DNA from: Deltaproteobacteria bacterium
Lineage (GTDB): Bacteria; Desulfobacterota; JBBIRW01
NCBI GenBank assembly: GCA_037441565.1
Contig: JBBIRW010000003.1
Span: forward strand, 12,953 to 76,952
DNA length: 64,000 nucleotides
Direction: 5' to 3'
The stretch's first letter is position 1. Every line of letters starts with the position of its first letter. The notes beneath the pieces are model-generated. The model was not told the DNA's origin. It did no database searches and was given only the letters and a program-made list of their open reading frames with translations. Of this stretch, positions 57,503-64,000 are shown one piece after another. The position numbers and the translations under genes are program-made.

Positions 57503-58167
57503 CGCTTCACCATCCCGACAGGTTTTGCCTCATCCATCCTTCTTAAAATATCCCCGATCCTCTTTGATTTAAGCTTCATAGAAGCCCTGTTTACAATAAC
57601 CCTTCCGGTAACCTTCATAATCTCCTCCACTTCCTCAAGATCGTTAACTCTGAGTGTCTCACCTGTACTTACAAGATCAACAATCATATCCGATAAACCA
57701 AGCAATGGGGCAAGCTCAACGGCTCCATAAAGTCTGATTATCTCAACCTGTATACCTTTGTGTATAAAATATTTTTGTGTTATTGATGGAAATTTTGTTG
57801 CAACACGAGGGATACCCATTGGAATTAATAAATTTTTCCTCTTGGGTCTTGCAAGGACCATCCGGCAGAATCCTATACCGAGATCAAGCGGTTCATAAAC
57901 ATCCCTTCCCTGCTCCATGATAACATCCTTTCCAGCAATGCCGATATCACACACACCTTTCTCCACATAAGTAGGAATATCGAAGGATCTTAGAACAACG
58001 ATCTTAAGTCCTTCATGATGATATTCAAAACAGAGCTTCCTTGTATTGTTAATAATCTCTTCAACAGAAAGCCCCATTTTAGAAAGTATCTCGCAGGTCT
58101 CCGGAAGAAGCCTTCCCTTGGATATTCCAATCGTAATAAGATCTTTCACCTCTCCTTTACCCTCCAT
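57499..58167 (-). CDS. hisG: ATP phosphoribosyltransferase, short form
   Basis: [12 protein letters not shown]-terminus and a PRPP-binding region. At 222 aa it is the HisZ-dependent short class with no C-terminal regulatory domain. Confidence 0.88.
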   Translation of the reverse strand: MEGKGEVKDLITIGISKGRLLPETCEILSKMGLSVEEIINNTRKLCFEYHHEGLKIVVLRSFDIPTYVEKGVCDIGIAGKDVIMEQGRDVYEPLDLGIGFCRMVLARPKRKNLLIPMGIPRVATKFPSITQKYFIHKGIQVEIIRLYGAVELAPLLGLSDMIVDLVSTGETLRVNDLEEVEEIMKVTGRVIVNRASMKLKSKRIGDILRRMDEAKPVGMVKR

Positions 58168-59402
58168 ATCTTTGCACCAAGGGATGCCATCTTTTCCTCT
58201 ATCCTCTCATAGCCTCTGTCCAGATGATAAACCCTGAGGACTTCTGTTCTTCCTTCCGCAACAAGCCCTGCAAGTATAAGGCATGCACTTGCCCTCAAAT
58301 CCGTTGCCATAACAGGAGCCCCTGTAAGCTTTTCTACCCCTCTTACAATAGCACAGTTACCTTCAAGCTTTATATCAGCACCCATCCTTTTAAGTTCGCT
58401 TACATGCATGAATCTATTTTCAAAAATTGTTTCTCTGATCACACTTATACCCTTTGAGATACACATTAGCGCCATCATCTGCGCCTGCATATCAGTTGGA
58501 AATCCAGGATAGGGTGCTGTCTTTATATCAACACTCCTTATCTCATCTTTACCTATCACCCTTACCGCACGATCCTCCTCAACGATTTCAACACCACTTT
58601 CCTTCAGCTTATCGACAACTGCAGTCATAAAGTGAATGGGTGCATTTAAAATCCCTATATCACCTCCTGTGATTGCGGCTGCAACCATAAACGTCCCTGC
58701 CTCTATCCGATCGGGCATAACAGCATAATCAACAGGTTTGAGATCTGAAACTCCTTCAATCTCTATGGTTTCCTCTCCGGCCCCATCGATCCTTGCTCCC
58801 ATCCTCTGAAGTGCCTTTGCAAGTTCAAGAACTTCTGGTTCTTTTGCAGCATTGTTTATCACCGTCCTTCCTTCAGCAAGCACTGCGGCCATCATAATAT
58901 TTTCGGTTCCTGTAACTGTTGGAATGTCAAGATTTATGATGTTCCCTTTTAATTTCCTGCATGAAGCCTCTATATAGCCGTGCTTTATATCTATCTCAGC
59001 ACCAAGTGCCTGTAACCCCTTTAAATGAAGATCTACAGGTCTTGCCCCTATTGCGCAACCACCTGGAAGCGAAACACGTGCCCTCCCATACCTTGCAATA
59101 AGTGGACCAAGGACAAGAACAGAAGCCCTCATCGTCCTGACAAGATCATAAGGGGCTTCAAAATTTTTTATATTATGTGTGTCTATGATAAGGGTATCAT
59201 CCTTTCTTTCTATCTCAGCACCCAGATGGTTCAGAAGAACACACATGGTTTTTATGTCAACAAGATCAGGTATGTTTCTTAATATGTTTTTTCCACACGT
59301 AAGGAGTGTGCTTACCATCAGTGGAAGCGATGCATTTTTAGCACCGCTTATGCTAACATAACCCTTAAGAGGTTTCCCGCCCTCGATTATAATCCTATCC
59401 AT
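58146..59402 (-). CDS. murA: UDP-N-acetylglucosamine 1-carboxyvinyltransferase
   Basis: N-terminus [29 protein letters not shown] and EPSP-synthase fold. Active-site region ...[16 protein letters not shown]... with Cys. Confidence 0.93.
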   Translation of the reverse strand: MDRIIIEGGKPLKGYVSISGAKNASLPLMVSTLLTCGKNILRNIPDLVDIKTMCVLLNHLGAEIERKDDTLIIDTHNIKNFEAPYDLVRTMRASVLVLGPLIARYGRARVSLPGGCAIGARPVDLHLKGLQALGAEIDIKHGYIEASCRKLKGNIINLDIPTVTGTENIMMAAVLAEGRTVINNAAKEPEVLELAKALQRMGARIDGAGEETIEIEGVSDLKPVDYAVMPDRIEAGTFMVAAAITGGDIGILNAPIHFMTAVVDKLKESGVEIVEEDRAVRVIGKDEIRSVDIKTAPYPGFPTDMQAQMMALMCISKGISVIRETIFENRFMHVSELKRMGADIKLEGNCAIVRGVEKLTGAPVMATDLRASACLILAGLVAEGRTEVLRVYHLDRGYERIEEKMASLGAKIWRVKER

Positions 59403-60249
59403 CCGCCTTCCTGCTTACTATGTACCTTTCACTTCCCGAAAGGTCTTTGAATATCATGCAATCAATATAATTACAGCCCTTCAAAATTTCAAGGACAGAA
59501 GGTTCCTGACCTTCACCTATCTCCATCACCAGAAAACCCCCTTTTTGTATATAATGATGGGAATCCCTTGCAATTCTTCTTATTACATCAAGCCCATCCA
59601 AACCGCCATCGATAGCAATCCTCGGCTCATAATCCCTTACCTCCGGGCCCAGAAGGGGTATGTCACGGGATGGTATGTATGGAGGGTTTGAAACAATGAG
59701 ATCAAATTTCTCTCCGGGATCCAGTCCATCGAAGAGATCTGACTTTACAAATTCTATTCGGGACTCTACCCCATGCAGTATTGCATTCTTCCTTGCAACA
59801 CTAAGGGCATCATCAGAGATATCGGTAGCACATATCTTAAGCTCTGGAAAATATAGCGATAATGTTATAGCAATAACGCCACTTCCAGTTCCTATATCCA
59901 GCATATTTTTGATATTATTTAATGCAATGATATCCATCACCCTCTCAACGAGTGTTTCTGTCTCGGGCCTTGGAATCATCACTTTCTGTGATACAAGGAA
60001 TTCCCTCGAAAAGAACTCCTTCTTTCCTGTGATATAGGCAACAGGCTCCCTTTTCTTCCTCCTTTCGATAAACTTCATAAAATAATCGGTCCTATCCCGA
60101 TCGAGCATCTCGTTAAGAAGCAAAAAGAGCCCTTCCCTCCTGCATCCAAGGGCATGCCTCATCAGTATTTCAGCATCGAGATACGCTGTATCTATACCTT
60201 CTTCTGCGAGCATCCTGCCTGCAGAACAGATCAGCTCCGCAATCTTCAT
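59395..60249 (-). CDS. prmC: release factor glutamine N5-methyltransferase (HemK/PrmC)
   Basis: Class I SAM-binding site ([10 protein letters not shown]) and N-methyltransferase motif IVSNPPY. Confidence 0.9.
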   Translation of the reverse strand: MKIAELICSAGRMLAEEGIDTAYLDAEILMRHALGCRREGLFLLLNEMLDRDRTDYFMKFIERRKKREPVAYITGKKEFFSREFLVSQKVMIPRPETETLVERVMDIIALNNIKNMLDIGTGSGVIAITLSLYFPELKICATDISDDALSVARKNAILHGVESRIEFVKSDLFDGLDPGEKFDLIVSNPPYIPSRDIPLLGPEVRDYEPRIAIDGGLDGLDVIRRIARDSHHYIQKGGFLVMEIGEGQEPSVLEILKGCNYIDCMIFKDLSGSERYIVSRKADG

Positions 60250-61322
60250 GAATTCTCTCCCCCCATCACACTTCTCTTATTCGTAAGTGCAAGTGCATCG
60301 ATTATCTCATCAAGATCTCCATCGAGCACATCCTCCAGTTTATGGAGTGTTAATCCTATCCTGTGATCTGTAACCCTCCCCTGTGGAAAATTGTATGTCC
60401 TTATTCGCTCACTTCTGTCCCCTGTTCCAACCTGCTTTCTCCTCTCCTCCGATATCTGCTCCTCCTGCTCCCTCCTCCTCATATCGAGAAGCCTTGACCT
60501 GAGGATCTTCATCGCCTTCGCCCTGTTCTTATGCTGAGATTTTTCATCCTGACATACAACAGAGATTCCTGTAGGAAGGTGTGTTACTCTTACTGCGGAG
60601 TCCGTTGTATTTACACTCTGCCCACCAGGCCCTGATGCCCTGAAAACATCAATCCTTAGATCCTTCGGATCTATCCCAACCTCAACCTCCTCCGCTTCAG
60701 GAAGTATGGCAACTGTTACAGTTGATGTATGGATTCTTCCCTGTGATTCGGTAACAGGTATCCTCTGAACCCTGTGAACTCCCGATTCATATTTGAGCCT
60801 GCTGTAGGCACCCTTCCCCTCTATAAGGGCAATTATCTCTTTGAACCCGCCAAGTCCCGTTGGATGAGCACTCATTATTTCAACCTTCCACGATCTCTTC
60901 TCGGCATATTTCGAATACATCCTGAATAGATCAGAAACAAAGAGTGCTGCCTCCTCACCCCCAGCTCCTGCCCTTATCTCCAGAATAATATTCTTCTCAT
61001 CCCTTGGATCCTTCTCAATAAAATGACTTTCGAGCTCCCTCTTTATCCTTTCTTTCTCCTTTATCAACTCTTCGATCTCCTGTTCAGCAAGCTCCCTGAT
61101 CTCTGAATCATCTTCCTTCAAAAGCAGCCTGTTATTTTCGATCTCTTTGTTAATCTTCTTCAATTCAGCGTAAAGTTCAACAATCCTCTTTAACCTTGAA
61201 TGTTCCCGAAGGAGCTGCTGATACTCTTTTACATCCTTGATGAACTCATGATCTGAGAGTTTTTTCTCAAGTTGCCTGTATCTCTCCTCTATTTCTATTA
61301 GTCTATTTTCAAGGATTTCCAT
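60246..61322 (-). CDS. prfA: peptide chain release factor 1
   Basis: GGQ motif ([16 protein letters not shown]) and a PxT-type decoding region (...[12 protein letters not shown]...), 358 aa. Confidence 0.93.
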   Translation of the reverse strand: MEILENRLIEIEERYRQLEKKLSDHEFIKDVKEYQQLLREHSRLKRIVELYAELKKINKEIENNRLLLKEDDSEIRELAEQEIEELIKEKERIKRELESHFIEKDPRDEKNIILEIRAGAGGEEAALFVSDLFRMYSKYAEKRSWKVEIMSAHPTGLGGFKEIIALIEGKGAYSRLKYESGVHRVQRIPVTESQGRIHTSTVTVAILPEAEEVEVGIDPKDLRIDVFRASGPGGQSVNTTDSAVRVTHLPTGISVVCQDEKSQHKNRAKAMKILRSRLLDMRRREQEEQISEERRKQVGTGDRSERIRTYNFPQGRVTDHRIGLTLHKLEDVLDGDLDEIIDALALTNKRSVMGGENS

Positions 61323-61351
61323 TTTCTCAATCCTGAGTCTTTATTTACAAA

Positions 61352-61382
61352 ATAAAAAAAGGGATGCATCATGCATCCCCTT
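61352..61382 (-). terminator. rho-independent terminator downstream of thyX
   Basis: On the minus strand the hairpin GGGAUGCAUGAUGCAUCCC (7-bp stem) is followed by UUUUUUUAUUUU, about 25 nt past the thyX stop. Confidence 0.6.
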
Positions 61383-61403
61383 AAAGCACAACCCCTTCAT
61401 CCT

Positions 61404-62090
61404 TCAAATCCGTGAAAACTCTTCCCTTACACCCGCAGGATCTCCACAACTCATCTCCCCTTCCTGACATCTACCGGAGATGCATGATGGCCCAGCATAT
61501 TGAAATACTGAATATGCCTTCTCCCTTGCAACTCTGAGCATCTCCTTTGCAACCTGCCTGATCTCCCACTGCGCCCTTCTGCAACACCTAAGCTTGAAGA
61601 AATGAATGAGTTCTCTTGCGTTCATGGTAACGATGATCTTTGTCTCCGTTGCATTAGGAAGTATGTAGCGTGCATCCTCTATGGGACAACCCATCTGCAC
61701 AAGTTCCACATATCTCTTTTTTATCAACTTCAATGTATTCATGTAAATCTTCATTGCCTTTCTGTCAGCTTCAATGCTCGGCGGGATAACAAACAGCGAT
61801 TTCTCCATATTCACATATCTTTGACTCTGCTGGGAATACGATGCTATCCTGTGACGAACAAGCTGATGAGAGCAAGCCCTTGAGATCCCCTCGATTCCGA
61901 ATGTGAATGATACATGTTCAAGCACCGAGAGATGACCCATCCTGATTATTTTCCTGATAAGCGCTCTTGCACCATCAATTGTAAGCTTATCCTTTAATCC
62001 ATCGATATCACTCGATGAATAGCAAAGCCTTGCTGCAAGAGCAATAGTCATCTCAGGATCCGGTGTATGCTCAAGAAGGACTACCTTCAA
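61404..62090 (-). CDS. thyX: flavin-dependent thymidylate synthase ThyX
   Basis: ThyX motif [14 protein letters not shown] (RHRx7-8SxR) and a protein of about 228 aa. Confidence 0.9.
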   Translation of the reverse strand: MKVVLLEHTPDPEMTIALAARLCYSSSDIDGLKDKLTIDGARALIRKIIRMGHLSVLEHVSFTFGIEGISRACSHQLVRHRIASYSQQSQRYVNMEKSLFVIPPSIEADRKAMKIYMNTLKLIKKRYVELVQMGCPIEDARYILPNATETKIIVTMNARELIHFFKLRCCRRAQWEIRQVAKEMLRVAREKAYSVFQYAGPSCISGRCQEGEMSCGDPAGVREEFSRI

Positions 62091-62311
62091 CGCTTCTCCA
62101 CCTTCTTTCCTTCACCTTCATATTTCCTCATGAACTTCTCTATCCTTCCCTCAGTGTCAATTATCTTCTGTTTTCCGGTAAAGAGTGGGTGGCATTTTGA
62201 GCATATCTCTACCTTTATTTCCCTCTTTGTTGATCTTGTAATAAATGTATTACCGCATGCACAGCTTACCCTGGCAATACCATAGCTCGGATGGATCCCC
62301 TTTTTCATCAC
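62087..62311 (-). CDS. rpmE: 50S ribosomal protein L31 (Zn-ribbon type)
   Basis: ...IHPSYG...CxCG...[13 protein letters not shown]... with four Cys. GGGAG RBS. Confidence 0.92.
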   Translation of the reverse strand: MMKKGIHPSYGIARVSCACGNTFITRSTKREIKVEICSKCHPLFTGKQKIIDTEGRIEKFMRKYEGEGKKVEKR

Positions 62312-62399
62312 TTTTTCTCCCTTCTATAAGGCGTTATTTAAGGCTAACAGAAATTGCATTCTTTATCAATATTCAATGGAATTTGCTTAAATTGCAGCC

Positions 62400-63674
62400 C
62401 TACTTATTCATTGACTCAAGGAATTCCTTATTTGTCTTTGTCTGGGACATCTTATCGAGGAGAAACTCCATACTCTCAATAGGACTGAGCGCTGAGAGAA
62501 CCTTTCTAAGGATCCATACCCTGTTAAGCTCATCCTTCTCTAAAAGCAGTTCTTCTTTTCTTGTCCCTGATTTTGTTATGTCGATGGCGGGGAATATTCT
62601 TCTGTCTGCAAGTCTCCTGTCGAGCACAATCTCAAGATTTCCTGTTCCTTTGAATTCCTCAAAAATCACCTCATCCATGCGGCTTCCCGTATCTATCAGT
62701 GCAGTTGCTATAATTGTAAGACTTCCACCTTCCTCTATGTTCCTTGCTGCGCCAAAAAATCTCTTTGGCTTCTGAAGGGCATTGGAATCAACACCTCCTG
62801 AAAGCACCTTTCCGCTGGGAGGTATTATGGCATTATTTGCCCTTGCCAGTCGGGTAATGCTGTCAAGAAGTATCACCACATCCCTTTTATGTTCAACAAG
62901 CCTCTTTGCCTTTTCGAGAACCATATCAGCCACCTGAATATGCCTCTGTGGCGGTTCATCAAAGGTTGAGCTTATAACCTCCCCTCTCACAGTCCTCTGC
63001 ATATCTGTTACTTCTTCAGGTCTTTCGTCTATTAGAAGAACGATCAGGTATATTTCCGGATGATTCTTTGTAATAGCATTTGCAATATTTTGCAGAAGCA
63101 TGGTTTTTCCTGCTCGTGGAGGTGAAACAATAAGACCCCTTTGACCCTTACCTATTGGACAGAGCAGGTCAAGCACCCTCGTAGAGAGATTCTTTGGATC
63201 CGTTTCAAGCTTTATCCTTTCCATGGGGTAGATAGGCGTGAGGTTATCGAAGAGGGTCTTCTCCCTTGCTACTTCAGGATCATCCATATTTATAGATTCA
63301 ACCTTCAGGAGAGCAAAATACCGCTCCCCATCCTTGGGCGGTCTGATCAAACCAGCAACAGTATCTCCAGTTCTTAGATTGAATTTTCTGATCTGGGATG
63401 GGGAAACATAGATGTCATCAGGACCTGGAAGGTAGTTGTAATCGGGACTCCTTAAAAATCCAAACCCCCCATCCTGAATGATTTCAAGCACACCTTCTCC
63501 ATAAATCATTCCGTTCTTTTCACTCTGGGCCTGAAGTACAGCAAATATGAGCTCCTGCTTTGTCAAATTTAAAACCCCATCCACATTAAGAGCCTTTGCT
63601 ATGGAGACAAGCTCGTTTATTTTCTTCTCTTTAAGTTCTTTTAGATTAATCCTTTCAAGCTTTACTTCTGTCAT
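62400..63674 (-). CDS. rho: transcription termination factor Rho
   Basis: N-terminal RNA-binding OB fold, Walker A ([12 protein letters not shown]), Q and R loops, 424 aa. Preceded by a GGGAGAAGGGG RBS and a leader of more than 300 nt. Confidence 0.95.
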   Translation of the reverse strand: MTEVKLERINLKELKEKKINELVSIAKALNVDGVLNLTKQELIFAVLQAQSEKNGMIYGEGVLEIIQDGGFGFLRSPDYNYLPGPDDIYVSPSQIRKFNLRTGDTVAGLIRPPKDGERYFALLKVESINMDDPEVAREKTLFDNLTPIYPMERIKLETDPKNLSTRVLDLLCPIGKGQRGLIVSPPRAGKTMLLQNIANAITKNHPEIYLIVLLIDERPEEVTDMQRTVRGEVISSTFDEPPQRHIQVADMVLEKAKRLVEHKRDVVILLDSITRLARANNAIIPPSGKVLSGGVDSNALQKPKRFFGAARNIEEGGSLTIIATALIDTGSRMDEVIFEEFKGTGNLEIVLDRRLADRRIFPAIDITKSGTRKEELLLEKDELNRVWILRKVLSALSPIESMEFLLDKMSQTKTNKEFLESMNK

Positions 63675-64000
63675 AAATATCCCCTTCTCCCATATGGGTT
63701 TTTATTAATGATTGTGTGCTTCGAATAAATGTCAAATTGACAAAAATCTTCAACTGTTTTAATGAAGATAAACCTTTATGTGGATGGAGCTCCCACTATT
63801 TAATCTTAATAAATATATAATTCTTTCCCTTGATGTGAAATTAAAAAGATGTATTATTTATCCTCTTTACCGTTGTTTTTTCGAAAATTCCTTTTTTTGA
63901 TAGAACTGATCTCTCTGAAAGGTTCTTCTGTTTATTTTAAATCCATTTTAAATCATAAAATATATTTGTGTCAATTATTTTCAATCCCCATTAGCTCATA

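Noticed and set aside
1-64000. CRISPR arrays, insertion sequences, integrases, prophage genes, toxin-antitoxin pairs
   Set aside because: No direct-repeat arrays, terminal inverted repeats, transposase, integrase or recombinase ORFs were found. The window appears to be core chromosome, apart from the possibly xenologous 39.5-50 kb block.

Overview
This is a 64 kb bacterial chromosomal segment with compact, operon-dense organisation and many ATGA/4-nt gene overlaps. It contains no rRNA, tRNA, CRISPR array, transposase or integrase. About 65 protein genes are called. The plus-strand block (1-21.3 kb) carries the elongasome genes mreC'-mreD-mrdA(PBP2)-rodA, gmhA, an HhH-GPD glycosylase, a DUF62 SAM hydroxide adenosyltransferase, a UvrD-family helicase, an M20 amidohydrolase, an Slt lytic transglycosylase and a sigma-54-type two-component pair (sensor kinase + NtrC-like regulator) followed by ArnT-like GT-C and ArnC-like GT2 glycosyltransferases. 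Between 9.4 and 13.5 kb a convergent minus-strand operon encodes anmK, a MurU-like nucleotidyltransferase, an AmgK-like kinase and a TIM-barrel sugar-phosphate isomerase, i.e. a MurNAc recycling-bypass module. The rest of the window is almost entirely minus strand: nagZ, lpd, cutA, cca, eno, nfu, a Crp/Fnr regulator, a patatin-like lipase, HU, a GAF-PAS-GGDEF cyclase, rhomboid, ccsBA, a HlyD/ABC efflux operon, then spermidine genes speH-speE and an 11-gene translationally coupled prfA-prmC-murA-hisGDBHAFIE operon, thyX, rpmE and rho. The most unusual region is 39.5-50.2 kb, a same-strand string of genes with archaeal affinities: an eRF1/Pelota-like protein without the GGQ motif, DUF72, Nudix, a Clp1-family polynucleotide kinase, a PFL-activase-like radical SAM enzyme, endonuclease Q, a stand-alone EF-Tu-domain-II-like beta-barrel, PolX, an archaeal-type SAM synthetase and a B12-binding radical SAM enzyme. 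Other points worth a second look are a 26-aa lysine-rich micro-ORF with strong RBS and a perfect bidirectional terminator, a structured roughly 80-nt element with alternative pairings in a 380-bp intergenic gap, and several non-ATG starts.
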